From Anaeromyxobacter sp. (lineage in GTDB: Bacteria > Myxococcota > Myxococcia > Myxococcales > Anaeromyxobacteraceae): DNA of 64,000 nt. Below the pieces are notes generated by a model. The model was given only the letters and a program-made list of their open reading frames with translations. It was not told the DNA's origin and did no database searches. This document shows, piece by piece, positions 39,848-50,287 of the stretch. Numbering within the stretch: position 1 is the stretch's first letter; every line of letters begins with the position of its first letter. The stretch covers positions 256,001-320,000 of the forward strand of contig JASGJN010000022.1 in NCBI GenBank assembly GCA_049840735.1, read 5' to 3'. The position numbers and the translations under genes were made by a program.

Positions 39848-39913
39848 GCCACCCGCGGCCGGCCCCGCCCGCGCGGCGGGGCCGCAGGCGGTCGCCTCGA
39901 GGGGCCCCGAAGG

Positions 39914-39967
39914 CCGTTCGTGCTGAGCGTAGCGCGCCGGCCATCAGGCCGGCGCGCGGAGTCGAAG
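39914..39967 (-). repeat. REP-like palindromic element, copy 3
   Basis: CCGTTCGTGCTGAGCGTAGC-hairpin-GCGGAGTCGAAG, between convergent genes. Confidence 0.8.
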
Positions 39968-39975
39968 CACGCCGC

Positions 39976-40766
39976 TCAGCCGGGCGTGCCCCACGCCTCA
40001 CGCACCGCCTCCACCCCGTGCGCCCGCTCCAGCCGCCGCACCGTGAAGTGCGCGCGGGCGGTCTCCTGGTAGTGGGTCATGAAGAGCGTGTTGAGCGCCG
40101 CCCCGCCGGCGGCGCCCAGCACCGGGATGAGCTGCGCCGCGGCCTTGTCGGTGACGGCCACGCCCAGCCGCTGCGCCACGCGCGCCACCAGCGTGACCAG
40201 GGCGGGCGCCCCGTGCTGCGCGGCGGCCTCGGCCACGCCGCGCTGCGCCACGAACTCCGCCGCCTGCCCCACGGCGCGGGCCAGGGCGGCGCGGACCGCG
40301 AAGTAGGCCGAGTCGGCCGCGTCGTCGCCGGCGGAGGGCGTGCCGTAGGCGAAGACCGTCAGGCACTCCAGCCGGGCGGCCACCTGCGAGGTCCTCCCCC
40401 TGCGCCCGGGCGTGATCGGCGATGGAGCGGAGCATGACCGTGAGGGAGAAGGGCAGCTCGACCAGCAGCCCGGGCAGCCCGGCTGCGCCCGGCCACGCCG
40501 CTCGCCACCACCAGGCCGCGGTGGAGCCAGTCGCGCGGGGCGCGCGGCGCGCCGCCGTCGAGCGTGCGCAGCGCCAGGTCGAGCGCGCCGGACAGCGCCT
40601 TCCGGGTGGCCTGGTCGATCTTCCCCCGGGCCGCCTCGGGCAGCCGCTTCACCAGGCCGTCGATGGGCCGGCCGGCCAGGTCGGCCAGACGGATGGCCAG
40701 GCCGGGCTCGTCCAGCGCGCGGCGCGCGGCGGCAAGCTCGGCCTGCTCGTGGGGAGCGAGGGGCAC
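39976..40766 (-). pseudogene. EcsC-family protein, broken by indels at ~40380-40500
   Basis: AIRLADLAGRPI, MLRSIADHARAQGED, QLIPVLGAAGGAALN.LF..HYQ..AR.HF.VRRLER across three frames. Confidence 0.75.
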
Positions 40767-41000
40767 GCCGGGATCATGGTCCCGGCGCGTCCGGCGCGCC
40801 AGCGCTCCACGGGCTCCAGCGGGCCGGCGGGCGCGCGGCGCCGGGCCTGGGCAAGGTCAAGCCGGGACGCCGTGAAGGGTAGGGGATCCGCGCACCTCCT
40901 TCGCCGCCCGGTCGGGCTGCGCTGGTCGCGTCCGGCGACACGCGTGCGGCGGCCTGACACGCACCCGTCGTGCCCTCACCGACCGTCGCAAAAGACGTTG

Positions 41001-41016
41001 TGGCTCGCGGGCTGCT
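41001..41016 (+). promoter_or_regulatory. Putative sigma-54 promoter
   Basis: TGGCTCG-CGGG-CTGCT (GG-N10-GC) upstream of the debranching-enzyme gene. Confidence 0.45.
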
Positions 41017-41128
41017 CGGCCTAGCGTACGGCCCCATTCACCAACAGTGGTCCGCGGCCGAACCGGGGAGAGCGTCCGGCCGCGGATCGTCGTGCACGCT
41101 CCGCACCCCCATTCACCAGAGGTGATCC

Positions 41129-44100
41129 ATGACGTGGTCACGGCTCTCGCTCGGCGCCTGCGCGCTGGCGCTGGTCTTCCTCGCTGGCTGCAAGAAGGAC
41201 GGCGGCACCTCCGACCTGAAGTACCCGGTCCTCGCATCGCAGGCGCTCCGCCTCGACGCCATGGGCGTCGCCGTGACGCCCGCCGCCAGCCGGCCCTTCA
41301 TCTACACCAACAAGGTGGACGCCTACCTGTACGGCGAGGCGGCCGGCCCGCACTCCACCAGCTGGGAGGGGTTCAACGTCCGCGGCTTCCGCTTCGTGGA
41401 TGACTGGCACTGGAACGCGCTGGGCTCGACCAGCTTCGCCGGCGCCACCGTCTACCCCGACCACGCCGTCCGCGCCTACGAGGGCGGCCTGTCCGAGCGG
41501 ATCACCCTGCTCGACGGCCGCGCTGCGGTGGTGATCGAGCCGTCCGGGCTGGACGGCGCGCTGGTCTTCCGCCCGCTCATGGCGGACAGCACCACCGCCA
41601 GCAGCTACGTCATCCAGGCCGCCGGCGGCGCGCTGGCCGTCTCCCGCGCCAACCACCAGGCCCCGGCCAACGCCAACGACTACCCTGTCTGGATCGTCTT
41701 CAAGGCCGCCGGGGCCATCGCGGTGAGCGCGCCCGAGGTGGTCACGGCGGGCGGCATGAAGCCCCGCGTGATGGCGCCGGGCCGGCTCGAGCTGCCGGCC
41801 GCCACGCCGGTGGTGATGGCGGTCGGCAACACCGTGGACGAGGCCACCGCGCTGGCCGACGACGTGCTGGCGCACCGCGCCGAGCACCTGGCCGCCCGCA
41901 CGGCCCGCCTGCAGGCGCTGCTCGAATCGCACCTACGTCCGGACCGCCGACGCCGAGTTCGACCAGGGGCTGGCCTGGATCCGGCTCTCGATGGACGCGC
42001 TGGTGATGGACCAGCAGGGCAAGGGGATCTTCGCCGGCATCCCCTGGTTCAACAACTACTGGGGGCGCGACACCTTCATCACGCTGGGCGGCTCGCACCT
42101 GGCCACCGGTGAGTGGGAGGAGGCCAAGGAGATCCTCACCTCCTTCTCCGCCCACCAGGACACCGACGAGAGCCACACCGCCACCTACGGCCGCATCCCC
42201 AACTTCGTCAGCCTGACCGACGTGGCCTACAACACGGCCGACGGCACGCCCTGGTTCGTGATCCAGGCCTACCAGTACCTGCTCCGCTCCGGCGACACGG
42301 CCTACGTCTCCACCATCTGGCCGGTGGTGAAGCTCGCCACCGACGCCTCGCTGACGCGCTGCGACGCCGACGGCCTCCTCACGCACGGCGACCAGGAGAC
42401 CTGGATGGACGCCACCGGGCCCGACGGCCCGTACACGCCGCGCGGCGACCGCGCGGTGGAGATCGAGGGGCTCTGGTACCAGCAGCTGGTGGCCGCGGCC
42501 GGCGTGGCCACGCTGGCCCACGACGCCGCCAAGGCCACCGAGTACCTGGCCGCGGCGGAGGCGGTGGCCACCGCCGTCACCACGAAGTACGTGGACGCCG
42601 AGCACGGCGTGCTCTTCGACCACCTGAACGCGGACGGGTCGGCCGACCTGCAGCTGCGCCCGAACCAGTTCATCGCGCTGCGGGCGCTGCAGGGGGTGCT
42701 GGATCCGGCGCTGGTGCAGCAGGCCACCCGCACCGCCGCCGAGGGGCTGGCCTACGAGTACGGCGTGGCCTCGCTCACGCAGACCGACCAGGCCTTCCAC
42801 CCCTGGCACGTCTACCCGGGCTACTACCCGAAGGACGAGGCGTACCACAACGGCACCGTGTGGGGCTGGCTCTCCGGTCCCATGGTCTCGCTCATGACGG
42901 CGCAGGGCGCCGGCGACAAGGCCTTCGAGCAGCTGCAGTACATGGACCGGGTGGCGCTGGTGCGCAACGCGGTGGGGACGCTGCCGGAGCTGCTGGACGC
43001 GCTGCCGCGCGAGGTGCCGGGCACCGACCCGGTCGAGCTGGCCGCCGAGCCCAGGCCGAGCGGCACCGCCTCGCAGGCCTGGTCGCTGGGTGAGTACCTC
43101 CGCAACGTCCATGAGGACTTCGTGGGCGTGTCCTACGTCGCGGCCGACCACGTGGTGCTGACGCCGCGGCTGCCTACCGGCTGGGGCCACACCGTGGCGC
43201 GCTTCCGGGTGGGGAAGGGGTACGTCACGGCGACGATCACCCAGGCGGCCGACTCGGTCAGCGTCGCGCTGGTGGGGGAGGGGACGCTGGCGAAGAGCAC
43301 CATGGTCACCGTGAACGCGCTCGGCCAGACGGCCGAGGCCACGTTCACCACGGGTGCTGAGCAGCTGGTGGAGCTGAGCGCGCCGGCGACCCTGGGCGCC
43401 GGCGGCTGGACCGGCTTCGACTGGCAGCAGCCGGTGCTCGACCCCAACCTGCCGGCCATCTCCGGCCTGCCCTACGCCGTGCTCGACCGGAGCATCATCA
43501 AGGCGCCCATCGACCTGGACACCGCCACCACGCGGCTGACCGTGACCGACGCCCAGGGCGACGACATCGGCCCGGCGGGCGAGTCCTACAGCTACCCCAC
43601 CGCCATCCAGTTCGAGCCGCACATCCTCGATCTGGCCGACTTCACGCTGCGCGAGGACGCCGGGGCGTTCTACTTCGACGTCGGCATGGTGGCGCTCACC
43701 CAGCCCGGCTGGAACCCGCAGGACGGCTTCCAGCTGACCTACGTGGCGGTGGCGCTGGACACCGACGTGGTGACCGGCACGGGCCAGACCACGCTCGGTC
43801 ACAACGCGCTCTACACGCTCAGCTACCAGCGCGGGGCCGAGTACGTGATCTACGTCGGCGCCGGCTTCGAGGTGCAGGACGCCACCGGCGAGGTCATCGC
43901 GCAGTACACGCCGTTCGAGACCGACGTCATCGACCCGCTGGGCTCGACCGACACCGACCACATCACCTTCCGCATCCCGAAGAGCGTCATCCCGGCGCTG
44001 CCGGTCGGGACGCGCGCGACGCTGCTGGTCGGGTCGCAGGACGACCACGGCAACGGCAGCATGGGGGACTTCCGCGACGTGAACGTGGGCGCGGCAGGCC

Positions 44101-44174
44101 AGTGGTCCGGCGGCGGCAAGAGCGCCGCCACCCGGCCGAACGTGTACGACACGGCCTCCGCGCTGCTGGAGTAA
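41129..44174 (+). CDS. Amylo-alpha-1,6-glucosidase (glycogen-debranching, GH133-like) lipoprotein with C-terminal glucodextranase/DOMON-like domain; frameshift at ~41926
   Basis: Lipobox LAGC; AGIPWF..WGRDTFI, GRIPN, YNTADGTPWF, TWMDA, LRPNQ, YHNGTVW, QAWS; removing one A at 41924-41928 joins the ORFs. Confidence 0.85.
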
Positions 44175-44269
44175 CGGCTCGTGGCGCCCCGCTCGCCCTT
44201 CGAGGCGAGCGGGGCCGCTCCACCGCAGGTTCGCAGGAGTTCGCCCGGGAGGGAGAGCCGTTCACGCCC

Positions 44270-44327
44270 CCGTTCGTCCTTCGACTCCGCGGCCCGGTTC
44301 CCGGGCCGCTACGCTCAGGACGAACGG
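44270..44327 (+). repeat. REP-like palindromic element, copy 4
   Basis: CCGTTCGTCCT...AGGACGAACGG terminal inverted repeat enclosing TCGACTCCGC-hairpin-GCTACGCTC. Confidence 0.8.
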
Positions 44328-44355
44328 ACTCCCTGCATCCGGGGCGAGCGGGGCC

Positions 44356-45402
44356 TCACCCCGCCACCACCGGCACCCCGGCCCCCGGAGGCGCCAGCTC
44401 CACCAGCAGGCGCGCCGCGGTCTCCAGCAGCGGGAGCGCCAGCGCGGCGCCCGTCCCTTCGCCCATCCGGAGATCGAGCTCCAGCAGCGGGCGCAGCCCC
44501 AGCGCCTCCAGCACCAGCCCGTGCCCGGCCTCGGCCGACCGGTGGGAGGCGACGAGGACGCGCCCCGCGCGCGGCGCCAGCCGCGAGGCCAGCAGCCCGG
44601 CCACGCTGGAGCCGAAGCCGTCCAGCACCACCGGGATCCGCCGTGCGGCGGCCCCCAGCACCAGCCCCGCCAGCCCGGCCAGCTCGAACCCGCCCAGCGC
44701 GGCCACCGCACCCAGCGGGTCGTCGCGACGGAGCGCGTGCGCCGCCAGCGCGTGCCGGACCAGCTCCAGCTTGCGCCGGTGGGCGGCCGCGTCGGCCCCG
44801 GCGTCGCGCCCGGTGACCTCGGCGGGCGCCGCGCCGGTCAGCGCCGCCGCCAGCGCTGCGGCGGCGGTGGATGAGCCCGCCCCCAGCTCGCCCAGCGCCA
44901 GCGCCTCCACGCCCTCCTCCTGCAGCTCGGCCGCCAGCGCGATGCCGGCCGCGAGCGCGCACTCCGCCTCCTCGCGCGTCATGGCGGGCCCGCGGGTGAA
45001 GTCGCGGGTGCCTGGCCCAACCCGCCGCTGGCGCACGCCGGGGAGCCGCAGCGGCGGCCCCACCACGCCCATGTCCACCACCACCAGCGCCGCCCCGGCC
45101 TGCTCCGCCAGCACGTTGATGGCCGCGCCGCCGCGCACCAGCTCGGCCAGCCGCTGCCGCGTCGCGGGCAGGGCAGCGGCGCCCTCCGCGGCCACGCCGT
45201 GATCGCCGGCCATCAGCACCACCGCCCGCGCCGCCGCGCGCGGATCCGGCCGCCCCTGGATGGCGGCCAGCGTGCAAGCCAGCGGCTCCAGGCGGCCCAG
45301 GCTCCCCGGGCTGGTGCGGGCCTCCAGGTGGCGCAGCGCCGCGGTGGCCGCCGCCAGGTCGAGGTCGGGGAGGCTGGCGAGGGTCTGCTGGAGCAGGGTC
45401 AT
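44356..45402 (-). CDS. cobT: Nicotinate-nucleotide-dimethylbenzimidazole phosphoribosyltransferase
   Basis: PGSLGRLE, AGDHGV, GGAAIN, LGGFEL, LDGF, LRMGEGTGA. Confidence 0.9.
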   Translation of the reverse strand: MTLLQQTLASLPDLDLAAATAALRHLEARTSPGSLGRLEPLACTLAAIQGRPDPRAAARAVVLMAGDHGVAAEGAAALPATRQRLAELVRGGAAINVLAEQAGAALVVVDMGVVGPPLRLPGVRQRRVGPGTRDFTRGPAMTREEAECALAAGIALAAELQEEGVEALALGELGAGSSTAAAALAAALTGAAPAEVTGRDAGADAAAHRRKLELVRHALAAHALRRDDPLGAVAALGGFELAGLAGLVLGAAARRIPVVLDGFGSSVAGLLASRLAPRAGRVLVASHRSAEAGHGLVLEALGLRPLLELDLRMGEGTGAALALPLLETAARLLVELAPPGAGVPVVAG

Positions 45403-45642
45403 GGGCTCGTTCCTGGGCAGGAGGCAGCCGGGGCTGTGACGCAGGGTGAATGGCATCGGGTCGGGACTCCGGGGGCGGGGCGTGGCGCGCGTGTGTTCAG
45501 GCGCCGCCAGCCGCGCGCGAGTGAGGGCGCAGGCCGGCTGGCGCCGGAGCGCGCGGGCAGGATGAGGGGAGGGTGCTGTGATCCCGGCGAGCGAAATCCG
45601 CGCTCGCGGGACGGCCACGGAGTGGCATGGCGTCCTTGCCAG

Positions 45643-45812
45643 CCCGGGTAGGTCTCCTGGCTCGTGGGTTCGGGGGACTTTCCCCCTTGGCCGCCTCCGC
45701 CTTCCCCGGCGCTCTCGCCGAGTGGCTCTCGAAGGCGGCTCCCCACTCACAGTGGCGGGACCGCGCCGGACTCGCACCGGCTTCCCTGTTACGCCCTTCA
45801 CGGGCACCCGGG
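45643..45812 (-). ncRNA. Cobalamin riboswitch upstream of cobT
   Basis: Minus strand AACAGGGAAGCCGGTGCGAGTCCGGCGCGGTCCCGCCACTGTGA...GCCACT...GGGAAGG...GAGCCAGGAGACCT; P1 CCCGGGT/ACCCGGG. Confidence 0.93.
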
Positions 45813-45913
45813 GTGTATGTGGGCGCGGTGGTAGCCGCTGCGCGGCCGTGGTGTCAAGCGAGCGCGCGCAAGTGGGCGGGAACGGGGCGGTCCCGCTCAC
45901 GCACGCGGCGCCC

Positions 45914-46549
45914 CTACGCCACCCGCCTCGCCCCCTTGCGCAGCTTCTCCATCCCGCGGCCGCAGGCGTTGTTCACCTGGCGCGGCTGCAGGCGCAAGAG
46001 CTTCGCCACCTCGGCGTGCGGGCGCTCCTCGAGCTTCACCAGCGTGATGGCCTGCCGCTCCAGCGGGGTGAGGCGGGCCACGCGCGCGGTCACCTCGGCG
46101 CTGGCGGCGGCGTCGGCGCCGCGCGCGGCGAGCACCTCGGCCGGCTGCGGCGGCGCGGGGAAGGCGCCGGGGTCCTCGGCCAGGCGGTCCAGCGCGCCGT
46201 GGGCGGTGGATTGGTTGCGGATGAGGTTGTAGGCCCGGCCGTGCGCGATGTGGCCGACGTAGGCGCCCAGGGTCCCGCGCGCGGGGTCGAAGTCCTGCAC
46301 GCCGCGGCGCCAGAACACCAGCAGCGTCTCCGACACCACCTCCTCGCGATCGGCCTCGGAGGTCAGCAGGCGCCCGGCCACGGCGGTGGCGATGCGGCGG
46401 GCGCGCACCATCAGCTCGCGGGCAGAGGCGTCGTGCCGGCCGCTGCCGGCCGCGGCGGCGCGGCGGGCCTCGGCGACCAGCTTCGCGTCGAGGGCGTCGC
46501 GGAAGACGGCGCCGGAGAGGGCGCTCGGGCTGGAGGGAATGGTGCGCAC
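45914..46549 (-). CDS. ECF sigma-70 factor
   Basis: Region 2 (DREEVVSETLLVFW..FDPARG) and region 4 (LTPLERQAITL...EVAKLL...RGMEKLR). Confidence 0.82.
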   Translation of the reverse strand: MRTIPSSPSALSGAVFRDALDAKLVAEARRAAAAGSGRHDASARELMVRARRIATAVAGRLLTSEADREEVVSETLLVFWRRGVQDFDPARGTLGAYVGHIAHGRAYNLIRNQSTAHGALDRLAEDPGAFPAPPQPAEVLAARGADAAASAEVTARVARLTPLERQAITLVKLEERPHAEVAKLLRLQPRQVNNACGRGMEKLRKGARRVA

Positions 46550-46749
46550 AGGTGACTTCCTTCCGAGGTGCCGGGGACTTCACCCCCTGCACCGCCACGG
46601 CGGGCCGGAGCGGCCGCGCAGCGGGGCGCAGGCGCAGCCGATTCGTGGTACAAGCCGCGGGAACCACTGGCGAAAAGAAAACGCAGCGGGACGCGGGACG
46701 TCCTTCACGCGGAGTGCGGAACGGGCGAGCGGATGGCGAGGAGCGAGGC

Positions 46750-47697
46750 ATGAGCGCGGGCCCCCGCGACCAATCCCCGGCGCCGCCGAGGGCGGTGCAG
46801 CTCCACGCGCTGGTGGGCCAGATCTACGACGAGCTGCGCGCCTTCTCGCGCGACCGCAGCGGCTGGGCGCCGGCCACGCTGGCCAACACCGCCGGCGCCA
46901 ACAGCGCCATCGCCAGCGTGCTGGCCCACGCGGCCCGCCGCAAGGGCGCGCCGCCGCGCTGGAAGAGCCAGGAGCACCTGCTGGCCTACTGCCTGCTCAC
47001 GCTCAAGTACCTGTGGGCCACCGAGTGGCGCCGCCGGGCGCGCCGGCGCGACCTGGTGGCGCGCGCGGTCCACCGGCTGGAGCGGCTGGGCGAGGACGCG
47101 GTGGCGGGCCACCCGGCCGACGAGGCGCAGGCGCTGGAGCAGCTCATCCAGCAGGTGCGCGACGAGCCGGCCATCGCCAGCCGGCACCGCATCGCCCGGG
47201 TGGCCGAGTACCGCCTGATCCTGGGCGCCACCATCCGCGACACCGCCCGCGTGCTGCGCGTCGGCGAGACGCAGGTGAAGGAGGACCTGGCCTTCTTCCG
47301 CGCCTGGGTCCGCATCGGCGCGGGCGAGGACCTGGTCTGGTACGAGCGCGCCCTGCAGGCGCTGGAGGCCGACCCCGCGGTGTCGGAGGGTGCGCTCATC
47401 GCCGAGGTGGCGCGCCGCGAGGCGCGCGGCGAGGGGCCGGCCCTGATCGCGGCCGCGCTGCGGCTGGGCGTCCTGGACGTGCAGGCCTACGCGGTCTTCG
47501 CGCGCGCCTGGGTGGCGCAGCGGGCCCGCCTGCCCGAGCCGGAGCCGGAGGAGGCCCCGGAGGCGCCGCCGGCCGCCGAGGAGGAGCTGGACGCGCGCGA
47601 GGCGCTGGACGCGCTGGACGCCGCCGACCCCGAGTCCCTGATCGCCGCCGCGCGGCGGCTGCGCCGGCGGTCGCCGGGCAGACGGGAGGAGCCGTGA
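46750..47697 (+). CDS. Divergent kinase-associated ECF sigma factor (TIGR02999/ECF43-like) with C-terminal extension
   Basis: LVGQIYDELR, WKSQEHLLAY, RVAEYR..LGATIRDTARVLRVG..QVKEDLAFFRAW. Confidence 0.7.
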   Translation: MSAGPRDQSPAPPRAVQLHALVGQIYDELRAFSRDRSGWAPATLANTAGANSAIASVLAHAARRKGAPPRWKSQEHLLAYCLLTLKYLWATEWRRRARRRDLVARAVHRLERLGEDAVAGHPADEAQALEQLIQQVRDEPAIASRHRIARVAEYRLILGATIRDTARVLRVGETQVKEDLAFFRAWVRIGAGEDLVWYERALQALEADPAVSEGALIAEVARREARGEGPALIAAALRLGVLDVQAYAVFARAWVAQRARLPEPEPEEAPEAPPAAEEELDAREALDALDAADPESLIAAARRLRRRSPGRREEP

Positions 47698-49445
47698 CCC
47701 GGAAGTTCATCGACGTGCTCTGGCGCGAGGTGCGCCAGTTCCCGGCGGAGGCGCGCCGCGCCGAGCTGGAGCAGCGCACGCAGGATCCCGAGGAGATCGC
47801 GCAGGTGCTGGCCCTGCTGGCCAGCGAGGAGGAGGAGGCCGCGGCGCCGCAGCACCAGCTGGGCCCGTTCCTGCTCATCAACAAGCTGGGCGAGGGGCGC
47901 CACGGCGTGGTCTACCAGGCCGTCCGCGCCGGCGAGCCGGGCGAGGTGGCGGTGAAGGTGCTCCGCTCCCGCAGCCCCTCGGCGCTGGACGCCGTGCTCC
48001 GCGAGGCGGGGCGCGCCAAGCAGATCCGCTCCGACGCGGTGGTCACGGTCTACGGCGCCGGCCGCATGCCGGACGGGACCACCTTCATCGAGATGGGGCT
48101 CTGCTCCGAGCCGGATCCGGACCGCCCGGGCGCGCACCGGATCGGCACCACGCTGCTGGCGGCGCGCGAGCGGATCACGCCGGAGCGGGCAGTGGAGCTG
48201 GTGGAGAAGCTGGCCCTGGGCGTCCACGAGGCGCACCACTTCGACATCGTCCACGGCGACATCAAGCCGGCCAACGTGCTGGTCACGCCCAGCCTGGGCC
48301 GCGTGATGCTGGCCGACTTCGGCGTGGCCTCCAGCCTGGCCGGCGCCACCGTGGCGCGCGACCTGACCGGCCGTCCGCCGCGGCTGGGCACGCTGGCCTA
48401 CATGGCGCCGGAGCAGTTCGTGGGGCGCGAGCCGCCCACCAAGGCGTCCGACGTCCACTGCCTGGGCGCCACGCTCTTCGAGCTGCTGGCGGGGGCGCCG
48501 CCCTACGCCGGCCGCCGGCTCGACCAGGAGGGCGACGTCCCGCGGGCCGCGCTGCCGCGCACCATCGACCGGCGCCTGCGCGAGATCGTGGCGCGCGCGC
48601 TCGACCTCGACCCGGCCCGGCGCCCGCCCTCGGCGCTGGCGCTGGCGGAGGAGCTGCGCGCCTACCGGACGCTGCGCCCCACCGCGGCGGAGCAGCGGAT
48701 GCCGCTGCGCCGGCTGGTGCTGGGGTACCGGCGCAACCGCGTCACCGTGAACCTGCTGCTGGGCGCGGCGGTGGCGGCGCTGCTGGTGGGCAGCGGCCCC
48801 TGGCTGGCGCTGGTGGCCGAGCGCGAGGCGCTGCGGGTGGAGATCCGCGCCGAGCAGAACCAGCTGGAGAAGCTGCAGCTCTCCAACGCCGGCCTGGAGG
48901 CCTCCAAGTCGGTGCTGGAGGAGCAGGTCCGGGCGCAGCAGGCGGTGGCCACGCAGCGCGACGGGCTGAAGGGGCAGCTCGAGGCGGTGGAGCGGCGCAG
49001 GACGGAGCTGCAGGGACAGCTCAAGCAGCGCGAGAACGAGCTGGAGGCGGCGAAGCAGGCCGCCGCGCGGGCCGAGGGGGCGCTCACCGAGGCGCGCGCC
49101 GTCCACGAGTCGGACCGGGTCCGGCTGCGGGCCGCGGCGGTCGACGAGCGCGCCCGGACCGAAGAGGCGGTGGGGAAGCTGCGCAGCGCCGAGGCGCTGC
49201 TCAAGCAGGAGCGCGAGTCGGGCGACGCCCGCGAGCGCGAGGAGCGCCGGCGGGCCGACGACGCGCTGGGCAGGCAGCGGATCGCCGAGGCCCAGCTGGC
49301 CGACCGCGAGCGGCGCGTGAAGGAGCTGGAGGCGCTGCTGGCGGAGCTGAAGGACAGGCCGGCGAAGGGCGTGGGCCGCGCGGTCCCCGAGCCGGCCCGG
49401 CCGCCGCCCGAACCGGCCGGCGCCGGCGGCGGTGCAGCGCGCTAA
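47694..49445 (+). CDS. Hanks-type Ser/Thr protein kinase with TM segment and long C-terminal coiled coil
   Basis: LGEGRHGVVY, VAVK, HGDIKPANV, DFG, GTLAYMAPE; GTGA overlap with the sigma stop. Confidence 0.92.
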   Translation: MTRKFIDVLWREVRQFPAEARRAELEQRTQDPEEIAQVLALLASEEEEAAAPQHQLGPFLLINKLGEGRHGVVYQAVRAGEPGEVAVKVLRSRSPSALDAVLREAGRAKQIRSDAVVTVYGAGRMPDGTTFIEMGLCSEPDPDRPGAHRIGTTLLAARERITPERAVELVEKLALGVHEAHHFDIVHGDIKPANVLVTPSLGRVMLADFGVASSLAGATVARDLTGRPPRLGTLAYMAPEQFVGREPPTKASDVHCLGATLFELLAGAPPYAGRRLDQEGDVPRAALPRTIDRRLREIVARALDLDPARRPPSALALAEELRAYRTLRPTAAEQRMPLRRLVLGYRRNRVTVNLLLGAAVAALLVGSGPWLALVAEREALRVEIRAEQNQLEKLQLSNAGLEASKSVLEEQVRAQQAVATQRDGLKGQLEAVERRRTELQGQLKQRENELEAAKQAAARAEGALTEARAVHESDRVRLRAAAVDERARTEEAVGKLRSAEALLKQERESGDAREREERRRADDALGRQRIAEAQLADRERRVKELEALLAELKDRPAKGVGRAVPEPARPPPEPAGAGGGAAR

Positions 49446-49561
49446 GTGGCTGGCGTTGCAGCCTTTCCTAGGGCCTGAGGCCTGGGGCCCGAGGCCTTCA
49501 CGAGAGATCGCCCGCGCAGCCGGGAAGAGAGGAGGCACCCCCTCCTCCCCGGAGCGTCCGC

Positions 49562-50173
49562 GTGTCGAGCCTGACCCCCAGCAACCGCGTCGAGTGCCTG
49601 GAGCCCAGCTGCGGCGCCGTGGGCCGGCCGCTGGCCCGCCACGGCGCGGGCGGCTACCTGGCCGCGGTGGTGACCGGGAGCGGCAGCCTGGTGGCCGGCG
49701 CCGGCGCGCTGGGCGCCGCCAGCGGCGACGCGCAGTCGGCCCTGCTGCTGGTGGCCTGCGCGGCCGGCGCCGCGGCGGTGCGTGCGCTGGCGGCCCCCGC
49801 CGTCGCCTGCGCGGTGTGCGGGTCGGAGCGCCTCCGCGCGCTGGAGCCCTGGTCGCCGCGGGCCAGCAGCGCCGAGCCGGCGCCGGGCCGCGCGCGCTGG
49901 CGCTGCGGCTCGCACGGCGAGGTGACCCGCCGCGCCGGCCGGCTGCCGCGGCTGCGCCTGGCGTTGCCGGTGATCCTCGCCGCCATGGCCCTGGCCAGCA
50001 CCGCCGCGCCCGGCTTCGCCGTCGTGGCCGGGGCTGCGCTGCTGGCGCTGGCCGAGGACGCGGCGCGCGACCGTCGCTTCAGCTGCGGCTGCGCCCACGC
50101 CGCGCCGGCCTGGGTGGCCGCGCCGACCGACGAGGCGCCCGCGCACGCGCACGCGCACGGCGCGCGGGCGTGA
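49562..50173 (+). CDS. Hypothetical membrane protein with paired Cys/His motifs
   Basis: CLEPSC-hydrophobic-CAVC, then CGSH-hydrophobic-CGCAH. Confidence 0.55.
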   Translation: MSSLTPSNRVECLEPSCGAVGRPLARHGAGGYLAAVVTGSGSLVAGAGALGAASGDAQSALLLVACAAGAAAVRALAAPAVACAVCGSERLRALEPWSPRASSAEPAPGRARWRCGSHGEVTRRAGRLPRLRLALPVILAAMALASTAAPGFAVVAGAALLALAEDAARDRRFSCGCAHAAPAWVAAPTDEAPAHAHAHGARA

Positions 50174-50287
50174 GCGGATCCCCCGCCCTGCCGGCGTGCG
50201 CAGCGCGCCCGCTCGGCGGCCCGGAACGCGAAAGGGGCCACGCAGCGCGCGTGGCCCCCTCGATGAGCAGCGGCGCGTGCGGAGCCG

